Source: Callorhinchus milii (taxonomy: Eukaryota). From it: a stretch of DNA of 64,000 bases. This document shows, piece after piece, positions 1-12,137 of the stretch. Numbering within the stretch: the first letter of the stretch is position 1; each line of letters begins with the position of its first letter. The stretch spans positions 43,402,001-43,466,000 of the forward strand of contig NW_024704743.1 in the NCBI RefSeq assembly GCF_018977255.1. Reading direction: 5' to 3'. The notes under the pieces were generated by a model, which worked only from the letters and a program-made list of their open reading frames with translations, was not told the origin of the DNA and searched no databases. Position numbers and translations under genes: made by a program.

Positions 1-499
1 AATCTTTTATCATACGCTCTCTTTGATTCTCTTATTCCATTTTTCAGTTTTCCTCTGCGCTTTCTGTATTTTATTTGATTCTCTACTGTGTCATTTATCA
101 TAAGCCTCCTTTTTCTGTTGCATTTTAATTGCAATTTCTTTATCCATCCTGGTAGTCTGTACCCAGACTATCTCCTCCTTGGGTCCAGATTCATAATATA
201 AGTGAAACATGTGAAAAACAATGTTCATTACACAAAACAATTGTGATCAATAGGACCATTTAGATCTCTGGAAATGTAAAAATGTGATCTTTCATAAAAG
301 ATTTGAATTGAGTCACACAGAAACAGAGGCATTAAGAAACTGTGGCACTATAATCGACAATTATTGACTGATTTCAGGTCTTAACAGTCCTCCAGCTGAA
401 ACACAGTGCAGTTTTCTGTTCACTTAAACACAGAGGATGCTGCATTTAAGTATCTACCAATAGTTTATTGGCTAACATCAACTAATATTAGTAATAATA

Positions 500-1293
500 C
501 CCTGGATGAGGGCAAATTTCCTACAGTTGAATGTGAACAAGACTGAGGCCCTCCTGATTGGCTCGCGCCAGCGCCTCAGCACCTCAGGCTGTGGCAACAT
601 CAACCTCCATGGTTGCACTTCAACTCACCAAACCAGTCAGGAACCGAGGTGTCTTGTTCGACCCTCAACTGTCTTTTCTCCCCCACATTCAAGCCATGAC
701 CTGCTCTGCCTCCCTCACCTCCATAACATCGCCTGACTCCGCCACTACTTCACCCCTCAGGCCACTGAAACTCTTGTTCACCCTTCATCACCTCCAGGCT
801 CAACTATGCAAACGTCCTGCTTGCGGCTTTCCCAACTCCTCCCTCCACAGGCTGCAGATAATCCAGAACTCTGCAGCCCGTGTCCTCTCCCGCATCAAAC
901 TCCGTGACCGCATCTCCCCCACTCTCGCCCGACTCCATTGGCTCCCTATCCTTCAGAGGATCCAGTTCAAAATCCTGGTCCTCACCTACAAAGCACTCCA
1001 TGGCATCACCCCACCCTACCTCTGTGACCTCCTAACCCCCTACCAACCCACTCGATTCCTCCGCTCAGCCGGCTCTGGCCTGCTCCACGTCCCCCGACCC
1101 ACCCGCCCCACCATTGGTGGGAGAGCCTTCAGCCACTCTGCCCCCAACCTCTGGAATTCCATCCCCCAATCACTCTGCCTCACCCCCTCCTTAGTTTCCT
1201 TCAAGTCCCACCTCAAGACCCTCCTCTTTGACCATGGGATGTCCTCCCGAAGTGAAAGGCGCTATACAAATGTAATCTTGATGTTGGTGTTGT
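500..1293 (+). mobile_element. LINE-2 3' fragment (ORF2 C-terminus, frameshifted, plus 3' tail)
   Basis: Translates to [20 protein letters not shown]...GVLFDPQLSF...[12 protein letters not shown]...LHWLPI...FKILVLTYKALHG...GGRAFSHSAPNLWNSIP, collinear with the L2 at 36680-37420. Ends in GTGAAAGGCGCTATACAAATG plus a (TTG)-like tail. Most of the 3'UTR is deleted. Confidence 0.93.
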
Positions 1294-1620
1294 AATAATA
1301 TTTTTGTATTTTGTATATCGTTTTGATATCACATTGGAAGGAATCTCAAAGTACTTCACGGACTTTACTGTGAAGTGCGGTGACTGTTTATTGGTAGGCG
1401 AACGTGGTAGCCCAATTGTGCACAGCAATGTCTCACAAACAGCCATGGAGTCCACTTGAACAGGCAGAAAGGACATCTCATCCAAAAGACACCTCCAACA
1501 TGCAAAACATCCCAGCCCTGTACTGGAGTGTCAGTTTAGACTATTTAAGTTCAAGTCCTGAAACTGGACTTGAAATCAAGCCACTTGACTGGTGAAAGTG
1601 CAATCCACTGAGTCAAGATG
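1294..1620 (-). mobile_element. DeuSINE (SacSINE1-like), internally deleted
   Basis: Minus strand has a tRNA-like head remnant, GATGAGATGTCC and a GTTTGTGAGACATTGCTGTGCACAATTGG tail shared with other copies in the window. Confidence 0.75.
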
Positions 1621-1899
1621 ATGCATCCAATATTTTATATGTAGAATATATTGTATAAAGCAGCACTCAGCTTGCAAAAATATATATATTTTATCCTGCT
1701 TCCACTTGGCACCACTCCAAGATAGTGACTAAAGTTTGGATTGAGAAAATATTACAAATGTAATACTGTAAAAGTATTTTGTTACTTTGTAAAGTATTTT
1801 GTTATTTTGTAAAGCACATATTGTGCAAGTAAATTGTGAGAATCCTAACTTTGGGCAAATTAGAGGCAATGCTTTATGTTATCTATCTGTTACTTTCTG

Positions 1900-2900
1900 T
1901 AATATACACCTTCCATTCACCAAACTTTGTCCAGATGTCCATTGAAATCGGAGCAGAATTGAAAAGAAAAGCAGTGTTTTCTTTTGATACAGAAGGTTTC
2001 ACAAACAGTGCAAAAGATGACAGCAATAGCCTGTGGACCTCATGGAGCTGTTGGCTTTGGGCAGATTAATTTTTGTTCTCACAAAGCCCCGAAGCTCCAG
2101 TTTTGCAGCAAAACATTTATGTTCTATCTAATCACTACCTTGGGGATTGCAGTCTTGGCCATATTGAGTTCCTCCCCCAGCTGCAAAGACTTGAGCATGG
2201 TTTCATTACATTACAGCTCTGCACCATGTTATTCTTGGAATTTTTTTCAAAGGACAGTAAAAGTTAAAAAAACATAAAAGGAATTTAATTTTGCTGTGTT
2301 TACCAATCAGACTGACTGTTTTTCATCAGTCGGGCGTAGATTCCTGTCAGCTATGGACGTGAAACAAAAGTGATGCTACATTGTCTGGAGATCAATCAAG
2401 TGAACACATATGGACTTGGCAGCATGGAGTGTAGCCATAAAGTCAAGAAACTCATAATACTGCACTTTACCCGTCTCGTGAAATGTCTGATTTATCAAAC
2501 TACATATCAACCATTTAAAATATTACAAATTCATGGTCAAAAAGAACTGAAGAGGTTTAGACATGACGTAGGTACATTTGACATTAGAATCTGATTGTAT
2601 TTAAGTGACTGTCAATTTCACTGCCCAAAGAATTGTCATTACACATATGTGACAATCAAAGTGTTGTTTTGTAGGAAATAACATTTGTCGGTCAGAAATG
2701 TAATTAAGGTTGTGTCATATGTCAGAGCCCTAAAATAATGAGAATATCTCACCACTGACTATTTAACCCAATTTGTTTTCTAAGTCTGTCAAAAGATTAC
2801 TTGTCACTGCAATGTTAATGATGCATCGGATAGACGGCTGCAATTCACCATCATCAACAAGATATCCTTTATGCAACACATCCTGTCTGCATACCCTGGA
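1900..2900 (-). pseudogene. Highly decayed hAT-superfamily transposase fossil
   Basis: Minus-strand translation gives hAT-like motifs in the expected order across frameshifts: SDI* (cf. TDxW), CVHLIDL (cf. CxAHxLNL), QLGEELNMAKTAIPKVVIR*N (cf. VxTRWN), L*EQK, LFVKPSVSKENTAFLFNSAPISMDI (cf. LKPF..AT..LS...PIS). Confidence 0.45.
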
Positions 2901-4179
2901 CAATAAAATTGGGATTCAACCAGACAATAAAGCTGAACACATGGACTGTTCAGTTTCAGACAGCTAGTTCAAATGACAAATTATTTTTGAAATGCATGAA
3001 ATATTAATCAGCATAATGGAAAGGAAATTATATAAGATGTCATGGAATGATGTTCAATACATGCATTATTCACTTCTCTGGCATTTTAAGACTGCGGTTC
3101 CTCCCTCACTGGAGGAAATTTATTATGATCCATCTATCTAAGATACAATGAAGTCAGTTGCAACTTTCAATACAGGTCATCACCCTTTTGATACTCATGT
3201 ATGATGATTTTTATGTCATAGAATTCCTCTCATGATTTATTTAAGTAGCTTTCATTTGAATACACCCAGTCGGTTTTGATTGTATTGTATTCGATTTAAT
3301 TTTGTTTGGTCTGTGAAGACATTATTCCAGCTCAGAAGTACAATGATTATTTGTTGCAAATCATCAAATGCAATTTTTGTGTCAGGCTGTATTTGTGCCC
3401 TTCCCTGAACTATCCAAAGTCTGTCACCATTACTCAAGCTATGTTTTGAGTGTGGGTGACATTTTAGAGAAATGGCAGATCAGTCTAGAAACCACTTGTG
3501 CTTGAGTCAAGTTGTGTTACCATGTTTAGTGTAAGTAGCAAAATGATAACATAACATGTGCAGTTTCCCTCAATGGAAAATAAACGGCGAAAGATACTTA
3601 CTGATTTGCAATATCTCACCAGGTACACAGTCACTCCACTTTACAGTATTTCTTGTAAAGTGCTTTGAGATGTCTTCTCGGCGTGAAAGGCACTGTATCT
3701 TGTAAGTATTATTATCATTATTACACTCTCAGCAACTTTGTAATGCGAAAATAATTCAAAGTTACACTTAGATTTACAGAAGGGTTGAATTACGATTGGT
3801 TTGCAAAAAAAAAGTGGATCATTAAAACGTCTCTCCCATTGTGCATGTAGCATGGCATTTTTATAACAACATTTTCTTTTTCTTTTCAATTAGTCTCTCG
3901 GTTACAGTGCTCATTGTAATGTTACACTTTCTCGAAAAGTCACTGCAACCATCTTTTGGAAGGTTGAATTACAGTCTGTGACTATTGTGCAATTTTCTTG
4001 TGCATTCCAGGTACATTTACAGGTGCAAGCAAGTAAAACATCACAGAGGGTCCCTCAGTTCATGTTTAATTTCACATATCTGTTGGTGAAGTTAACATTT
4101 TAATGTAACTTTGAGAGGCTGCAGGGATTGTAAGGAGAGATTACAATAAATTGCAGGAGACTGTATAATTCTTCAAGCA

Positions 4180-4720
4180 CCAGTTAATGGCTTCTTGCTT
4201 CCCATTTACTCTAAAAGTGAATACATTGAGGAATTCATGGCTCGCTGCATTATTGCCATAGTTCAAAATTATGAATTTTCCTATTAATACAGATGTTTTG
4301 GCTAAGCTTAATAAAAGTAAATTCTTTTGCCTTGGGACCTTTTACTCCAAAGTATCCCTGATGCACACTACTGTGGCTGAAGTAAATGGAGGTAAATTGA
4401 TTTTGATAGGATACTTTATCCCTAGTTTATTCATGGTATTTGTAGTAGACACGTGTTGTATGGAGTTACACTTTATTCACAGCCTTTTAATGTTGAATCA
4501 AGCCAGTATTGTGGCAAATTAAAGTAAATCTCTGGGGCAGGAGTACAGCTGGCTGGCTCAAATGGCTGACCCCAATATAAGATGCCGTGTGAGAGTGTGA
4601 GATCGCTTATAACATGGGTCTCCTGTGTCCTGAGATTACCAGAAGGACAGTTAATTTCCAGTTTCTGACATAGGCTGGCCAGTCTGTTGCATGTCATGAA
4701 CAAGTGCAGGAAGCCAGCTA
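4180..4720 (+). pseudogene. Decayed PIF/Harbinger transposase fossil
   Basis: NFPINTDVLAKLNKSKFFCLGTF (cf. the HARBI1-type FP...K.EF..LAGFP), LGQEYS (cf. LGDxGY), KWLTPI*DAV*ECEIAYN (cf. WLMTP...TEAE..YN) and FQFLT*AGQS (cf. FRCLD.SGG) occur in order. Confidence 0.5.
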
Positions 4721-5024
4721 GTCTTTGGCAGAAGCTGGAAGTAATGTCAGCAGCAACCCGATGACCTGGACGTGAAAGGTAAATTGCAAGATATTTTAAA
4801 AATTTCAATATTCTTCAAATTCATGTTACTTTTCCAAAGAGATTTAAATTTCAAAAAAGCACGTGACTCAGATAAAGAAGTTTTGCAACTGAAAATGGAG
4901 GATAAGCAATCAATTAAAACTAAATATGTATGAAACATGCAGTTAATTTTGCTTTGTGACTCCTCCTTCCATCAACATAACTACTGTACTAGTCTGTATC
5001 CACTGTACTACTACTAACCAGTGT

Positions 5025-5180
5025 ACTCTAGCAACACTGGAGTATTGTGGACCAACCTGGCCCAGGAACAGGACAACTGAGACCACCACAGAGGATTGCT
5101 CAATCTGGACATTCCATTGCCAAGCATGTCACCTTGCCAGTCTACAGCCAGCTCAGCTCCAAGAAGACACTGCTCCCGCA
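5025..5180 (+). repeat. Unidentified interspersed repeat family X, copy 1
   Basis: Aligns by eye to 5955-6180(-), 9910-10125(+) and 50505-50665(-), e.g. GAGACCACCACAGAG...ATTCCATTGCCAAGCA. Confidence 0.8.
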
Positions 5181-5339
5181 CCACCTCCACCCCAAGGAAA
5201 AAAGTCTAGAAGTATATATCATGCTAAATGTATATACTCTCCTGGCTATGTATACCCTGCTGTACATTTATTTGTGTATTCTCTGCTGAAGGTGGACACC
5301 TGTTAGCGGTGTAGCTCTTGCTTGACATGAATTGTTCCC

Positions 5340-5710
5340 CCCTACCTCTGCGACCTCCTAAGCTCCTACCATCCTGCCTGCTCCCTCCACTCAGTGGGCT
5401 CCGGCCTGCTTCAAGGCCGCCACCTCGCTGGCCCCACCATTGGAGGGTAGGACTTCAGCCACTCTGTCCCCACCCTCTGGAACTCCATCCCGCAATCCTT
5501 CTGCCTCGCCCCCTCCCTCACCTCCTTCAAGACCCATCTCAAGACCCTCCTCTTCGACCGTGCTTTCAATCTCCCTGCTTCCCTCCCTGCCCTCCACCCT
5601 CCCCCACCCCGACCCCCAGCTCAGGTCCGAAGCACTGACTGTCCAGCACCTTGGGGCATCCTCCTAACGTGAAAGGCGCTATACAAATGTAATTTTGTTG
5701 TTGTTGTTGT
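5340..5710 (+). mobile_element. LINE-2 3' fragment
   Basis: CTTCAGCCACTCTGTCCCCACCCTCTGGAACTCCATCCC, the 3' stem-loop and a (TTG)n tail. Confidence 0.9.
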
Positions 5711-5954
5711 ATCCCTATAGATGGTGTATGTCCTGTTAGATGTGTATTCTCTGCCTAAAGTGAATATAAAATCACAATCCCAAATCCCATAGGCCATTTT
5801 GAGGACAGTTTTCCAATATTCTGTCAGACCTTAACTGTCAGATGTTTACTTCAGGACAGAATAAAACACATTTACTGACATGAGGAAACACAGGGTTTGA
5901 CATTCAGATCAGTACTGATTGAGATCTCCCATTACTTTAATACTGTGTTACTAC

Positions 5955-6180
5955 CCTGCTTGGAGAGGAGGTAAGCAGGGTCTCTGGAACTGAACTGACC
6001 ACAAGCTGATGTACTTGGCAATGGAATTTTGAAATTAAATCTAACTTCTGTGGTGGTCTCGGTGGTCTCGGTTCCTGAACCAGACAGGTCCACAGTATTG
6101 CAGAGCACTGAGTGACAGACCAGCCAGCCTGGCTTATCTGCAGGATTTGGAGGGGCAGACCAGTCACTGGCGGCAGGGAT
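5955..6180 (-). repeat. Repeat family X, copy 2
   Basis: Reverse complement CCTGCAGATAAGCCAGGCTGGCTGGTCTGTCACTCAGTGCTCTGCAATACTGTGGACCTGTCTGG... matches 9945-10020. Confidence 0.8.
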
Positions 6181-6559
6181 TCTTCACTCTGTTCCTGCAA
6201 GCCAAAGCCCTGATGGTAAGTAACCTTATGACCTGGTCCAACAGAAAAGTGCAGAAATGTTTGCCAAAAATTGTGGGGAGATTTGTCAATTTCATGGAAA
6301 ATTTAATGGGAATGTTTGTCAAATTTTGCAGAAAATTGCGTGGCGCTGATTGGTGCTATTGAGGTACATTTTACTGCCAACCTACATTTTTTCACTTAAG
6401 TTATACAAGCTAAACATAAGGAAACAACACATATTAGATTGTTGCAAAAAATAATGACTTCTTTAACATAAACTGGGTGGCCCTTTATTTTGGTGCAGTG
6501 GGGAGGCACCAATGAGGCTACAGGAGCTCACCACATCCTGCCTCTCAGGGCTGGCACCC

Positions 6560-7157
6560 CACACAAACCCAGAGAGAGAGACACATTCTCAGAGAGAGAG
6601 AGAGACGCACACAGACACTGAGAGAGACACACATTCTCAGCGAGACACACACGTGGATGCTCATAGACACAGAGATATACATACACAGACAGACAGGGGA
6701 GAGACACACATACACACAGAGACACTCAGAAACACACATGCATATAGGAGACACACGCAGACACACTCACAAACATACATACAGAGGAGAGAGACACACA
6801 GCCACGCACAGAGACACTCACAAACAGACACACATACAGAGAGAGACACGCTCACACAGACATAGCATAACATGTAGGAGCAGGAGTAGGCCATTCGGCC
6901 CTTCGAGCCTGCCCCGCCATTCAATCATGGCTGATCTTCTAATCTAACTCCAGCTAATAACCTGACCCTTCCTTATCCCCATATCCCTTAATCCCTTTTG
7001 CAATAAGAAATCTATCTCAGTCTTGAGTCTCAGTCTCAGACACTCACATATACATAGAGACATGCACATACACACACACGTAGAGACACACATATGCACT
7101 CACAAACACACAGAGAGACACACTCACAATCACACAAATACACAGACAATCAGACAC
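6560..7157. repeat. Degenerate (CA)n/(GA)n low-complexity tract
   Basis: Long runs of AC/AG dinucleotides, interrupted by a CR1 fragment. Confidence 0.95.
6862..7030 (-). mobile_element. CR1/HER1-type LINE 3' end
   Basis: Minus strand reads AGATCAGCCATGATTGAATGGCGGGGCAGGCTCGAAGGGCCGAATGGCCTACTCCTGCTCC, the typical chondrichthyan CR1 3' tail. A second copy lies at 39452-39668. Confidence 0.88.
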
Positions 7158-7204
7158 AATGGGCCGAATGGCCTCCTTCTGTGCTACATTATTCTATGTA
7201 TAAT

Positions 7205-7350
7205 TTTGAACCTATCCTCTGGAGCCAGTGAAACTGGGCGAAGTTGGGGGTGATAGGGTCATGGAGCCTGGTGCGCGAGAGGGCACGAACTGCAGAGTTC
7301 TGGATGATCTGCAGCTTGTGGAGGGAAGAGTTGGGAAGGCTGACAAGGAA
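7205..7350 (-). mobile_element. LINE-2 internal fragment
   Basis: Minus strand encodes LHKLQIIQNSAVRALSR...HDPITP. Confidence 0.85.
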
Positions 7351-8844
7351 GGGTTCTTGATGGCTGTCTCATGAGGAGGTTCCCCTCTTCCCCCCCAACT
7401 ATGGCCAGCTCCTTTACCACATTTACTTGTTGTGAAGAATAACTGAGCGTCCTTGATCTTTTGTTTAGTGTGCCATTCTTCAATTTGATTTGACAATTGT
7501 ATTAACATGCAATTACTTCCAGAGGTCAAGAGTCTAACCTTGCAGTGATTATATCACAATCATTAAGGTTTAGTGTCCCTTTCCTTGGCCATTAATGATT
7601 CAGAGTCTCATCATCACCAGCATCTGGCAATAACAAGCTCTCCCAGCAAGAGAAATATGTTCAACTTTGGAATAAAGCAACCTGAATTGTACTCCACAGT
7701 ACACATTAGAAAAAGTAATGGCTAAATAGAAATAATTATGCTGTTGTAATCCAATCTCAGGGTTCAGATGATAGTTATGCACAGCTCAAGCACTGCTCTG
7801 TGGTTTATGAGATCATTTAAACCCTTCAACACAATTACAGCCATGTAATCGCTCCCATTAACTCTGAAACTTCACATAACTCTACAATGGATAAACTTCT
7901 CAGCAGGAGCATTCGTCACAAGATATCTTAGAAAAATAGCTATGAAATCTATTCCCCGTTGATACTAATTGATGAAAAAGGCATATTTCCTAAAATGAGA
8001 AAAAATCTATTTGGCTGAGTTTAATTTGTAGCAGCTTGTACAGTGGTTCCTTATCTTTTTGATCTGGTACACTTAATACTTAATACATAGGCTGTACAAA
8101 TGGCAAAACACATTTCATACGTATGCTTTCCATTCATGTCAAACCGTATTTATTAAAGAATGAAATAGTATTGTAGCCAAAATACTAAAAATGGGAATGA
8201 AATAATTCTAATAGTTAACATAAAAACATTATTTTGATATATCTTCATGAAAATGTTTTGAACCCGATCATTAAACACAATAGCCTGAATGCAACACGTT
8301 ACTAAGGGATGCATAATACAATACAATGCAATTTACATTTATTTAGCACCGTTCATGTCATGAGGATGTTTATATATATATATATATATAGACAGGAGAG
8401 AGTTTTATTCACTGCAGACCAGTAAATCTACCAACTTCAGTGGTGTGAATGTGGAATGGGCTAATTTTCATTGTAAACTTGCTAAGGTTGGTAAAATTAC
8501 CAATGAACATTTACATTTATTGGCTGTAACAGGCTTGAAGATGACTGAAGAGAAGGAAGTCTAAAGGTGACTGTTTTTGAAGCTGTTTAGTTCAGGAAGC
8601 TTTGATAGAAAGCAATAACAAATAACAAAACCGTCCAACATAATTTTATCCAACAATTGGTAAAGCCAAACTCTTCCTAAGTTTTTATCCAGCATCTCAC
8701 CTCCAAGTTCCCCTCCAATCCAATGCTCTTTAACAGCCCTGGGTTGGGCTGGTTAAATGGATAGCTGCCTTTCTTTGTTATTTAATTGGAGCCTTCTAAG
8801 GTCTTTTTTTATGTGTGTCTATTGGAATATGCCTCTGTTACTAG

Positions 8845-9130
8845 TTACACTGAGTTGAAGATCCATGAGTTCCTTATTCCCTGTGGTATCCAGCCCGAGT
8901 GATCTTTGTTTATCTGTGAGCCTTAGAAGTGAATGTCGGCAAGCCACTTGACTGCAGAGTGTCATCGCCAAGCTTCACCTCTCCTCGTTCGGCTGCCACA
9001 AACATGTACTTACTGGTAGTGGGTCCTGGAGAGGGACCAGGACCAATAAACCCAGCTGATTTTAACCTCCCTTGCCTTAGGAATGCTGAGTCCAATTTAG
9101 CTTCTAATGCAGCCTTGGCTATGACCAGAA
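8845..9130 (-). mobile_element. Ancient pan-vertebrate SINE body (AmnSINE2/UCON3-like; name from memory)
   Basis: Minus strand AATTGGACTCAGCATTCCTAAGGCAAGGGAGGTTAAAATCAGCTGGG...GCTTGCCGACATTCACTTCTAAGGCTCACAGAT resembles a recalled consensus (AATTGGCCTCAGCGCCCCTGGGCTAGGGAGGGGAAAAATCAGCCAGGG...GCCTGCCGACACTCACTGTCTAGGCTCACACAT). Confidence 0.55.
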
Positions 9131-9257
9131 AACCCATTGGTTTTCAAAAAAACAATAATAATATAAATAATAATATCTCCATTTCTGTAAGCTTCAGTTC
9201 AATCCACGATCTGTGCCATCCAAGGCCCTTCTTAATGGGGAATTGGTTAACAAACCC

Positions 9258-9735
9258 TAACAACAACAACAATAATAACAACAACAACAAATTGCATTTA
9301 TATAACACCTTTCACGTCAGGAGAAGTTCCCAAGGTGTTGGACAATTGAAGGTGTGCATCTAATCAGGGGGTTGGATACAAGATGGGTGGGGGCCAATGG
9401 GATTGGGGTCAAAGGAGGTAAAGGTGCAGGTGGGAAGATGACCAAAGGTGTGATCAAAGAGCAAGGTCTTGAAAAGTACCTTGAAGGAGGCTAGGGAAGG
9501 GGCAAGGCAAAGCAATTCAGGATGGCGTTCCAGAAAGTTGGGGCAAAAAGACTAAAAGCCCGATCACCGATGGTGGGATGAGCTGGGTCAGAGACTCGAA
9601 GCAGGCCAGTGCCTGCCGAGTGAAGGCAAAAGGAAAGCTGAGCCTAGTGCGAGAGAGGTCACGAGCTGCAGAATTTTGAATAGTCTGCAGCTTGTGGAGC
9701 CGGGAGTTCGGAAGACAAGCAGACTCATCCTGCTG
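9258..9735 (-). mobile_element. LINE-2 3' fragment
   Basis: (AAC)n tail at 9258-9290. Minus strand encodes LHKLQTIQNSAAR and carries the L2 3' stem-loop. Confidence 0.88.
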
Positions 9736-9909
9736 CACCCTGGATATCATGTTACTATTTTATTAAAAGCTTATCGGAGAGATCTCTTTTACAGCTAAGA
9801 TTGCATTGTGAATAACCACATTTGCATAGCTACAATAGTTTGTCCAACTAGGACCACCTTACCCATTAGGGTTTTGGCTTACAAGGTTAACATAAATTGA
9901 ATGAGAACA

Positions 9910-10125
9910 ATCCCTGCTCCCAGTGACTATTTGCCCCTTTAAACCCTGCTGATGAGCCCAGCTGGCTGGTCTGTCCTCAGCAGTGCCCTGGATTACTGCG
10001 AACCTGTCTAGCTCAGGAGACAGACTACTGAGACATCCACAGTGGATTGACTCGATTCTGATATTCTTTTGCCAAGCACATTACTTTTGGAGCCAGCTCA
10101 GCGCCAAGGAAACTCTACTTAGCAC
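9910..10125 (+). repeat. Repeat family X, copy 3
   Basis: Collinear with copies 1, 2 and 4. Confidence 0.8.
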
Positions 10126-10764
10126 ACTCAGAGGCTAATATTTATTTGTGCAGAAACATCATGTTTAGCGCTAGATGTATTCTGAAAAAAAATATTGATT
10201 TTAATAGGCTGCCATGATAAAACTGACAGCAGTTCTATCGTTTAACCAGGGGTTTTGCTGCACACTCTGAAGGGAAAAGATTTTCGTATGAGCAGACTTG
10301 CTAGGCAGTCATTTCTGCTTCCTACAGGACATTAAGCAAAATGATTAAATGAACTTGAGGGAAGCTTTTTACAATAGTAAATCAGCTCATCAATAGAGAT
10401 CACCTACTGTAATCTTCATGATAAGGCTATAATAATGATAAAGTGCCCCACATTATATATTGAGCCTGTTTATTTCTGAAAGTGTAGATTTTGCCAGTGT
10501 TGTGTACTATAATAGCATCTGGAGGCTGAATTCAACACTAAAAATCAACATTGCTTCCCTTGCTTCATATTTCTAAAGAATGTTGTTTATTAACTGCTTT
10601 TTGGTAACTGTAACTGTGTTTGATGTTTATTTGATGTTAATATGTCTGGGGTTTCACGGGAAAAATAACACAAATAGGCCAGAATTGCCATATATGACAT
10701 TGTAACCAAACATTAACAGCTTACACTTGTATAATTATTTTGCTGTTACTAAAACATTGTTTTT

Positions 10765-10910
10765 AAGGGTCTCAACAAATCACCAGATGTAAGGGAAGGG
10801 AACAGAGGGGATTAAGAGGAGTGGGGCATTGTGTGAAGTATAAACACTATAAACACAAATTGGGCTGAATGGTCTGTTTTTGTGCCGTACAATTTATGTA
10901 ATTCTATGTG
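10765..10910 (+). mobile_element. CR1 3' tail
   Basis: GTGAAGTATAAACAC...TTGGGCTGAATGGTCTGTTTTTGTGCCGTACAATTTATGTAATTCTATG, a CR1-type tail. Confidence 0.75.
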
Positions 10911-11297
10911 TAATATGGTTAACAAACATATCTCCAGTATTCTAGACATTTTGCACATTGTATGAGAGATAGCCATAGTGGATTAGTAAAATAGACCAAT
11001 TAACTCAACTATTCGGTGATGGATGGCAGTACACTAAACTAACCAGTTATTGTTTGCAGTGAGTTATTTGTGGTGATTTTTAAAAATGTCTATTTAAAAC
11101 ACTATTTAAACACCTCTAAAAGAACAATGGTAAGGAACAAATTGTCTATGTTCAGGCTGAAATGTAAAGGGTCAATCTCTGAAGTTCCTTTCACAATAAG
11201 ATGTGAACAGGAATAGTGTGATCACAGTATTTTGGCTGTAGTCAAAAACAATGTCAAGTGATGAGGGTCCAGTTTGATTCTCAACTGTCCTTCTTAT

Positions 11298-11829
11298 TTG
11301 GATTTCTGTTGTACCAACTATTATATTTATAAATAAATACATATATTTTTTTTAAAAATGGTTTTCCCAGGAACCGCTCCTGCCCAAAGCACTCAGGGCA
11401 CGTTCACTGGGTAGCTCACGAGTGCATCCCAAACTAGGGCTGAAATAAATGTGAGGGTAACCGTATAAACATACAGAAGGACGCTCGAGATATAAACAAA
11501 GAGCATGTCCTGAAAATGTATATACGGTAAACATGTGCGCGTACAGTGCACATCGGGGCGCATTCCGAAAGCGGAAAGTGCGCTTATCAGGGTGTATGTG
11601 AGCGTGCACATGGATGTAATGCACACAGGAGTGACAGTTTTAAAGGGAGTCTCCCAAAAAATGTGTACACAGCCTGTGTGCAGTGAAGGAATGTACCGTA
11701 AACAACGGAATGTTTTTGTATGGTGAGAAAGAGAAAAAAATGTAACAGAAAATGTTGTACGTTGTGTTTGTTTGGGATTTCTGTTGTAACAAATATTATA
11801 TTTATAAATAAATATATATTTTCAACAAA
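11298..11829 (+). mobile_element. TSD-flanked non-coding retroposed element with terminal direct repeats and multiple hairpins (probable L1/Tx1-clade 3'UTR)
   Basis: TSD AACTGTCCTTCTTAT (11283-11297) / AACAGTCCTTCTTAT (11830-11844). ~55-bp direct repeats at both ends contain AATAAA and an A-rich end. Internal stems are listed under findings. Confidence 0.8.
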
Positions 11830-12137
11830 AACAGTCCTTCTTATCTCACATTAGGTCCCTCACTAAGGTTACTTTCTTTCACGTTCACCACATTACCTGC
11901 CTCAGCCGCTACCTGACACCAAATGCCGCTGAAAACCTGAATCACACTTTTGTCATCTCTCGCCTTGACTTCTCAAATGCATCCTCATTGGCTCTCCAGT
12001 TCCACCATCCACAAGGTCCAAACACTACAAACTCCACTCCCCTGCACCAAACTCTGCACATTCATCATCCCAACCCTCAGCAGGCTTCACTGGCTACCTG
12101 CTTTAAACGGATCGACTTCAAGGTCTTCATCCTCACA

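Noticed and set aside
6512..7253. His/Thr- or Cys/Val-rich ORFs
   Set aside because: These are translations of (CA/GA)n low-complexity DNA.
9946..9985. Hammerhead ribozyme at CTGATGAG
   Set aside because: No GAAA follows the stem, and CTGATGA is not conserved in the other family X copies.
11560..11600. Hammerhead core within the multi-hairpin element (retrozyme)
   Set aside because: The minus strand has CUGAUAA rather than CUGANGA, and no correctly placed GAAA.
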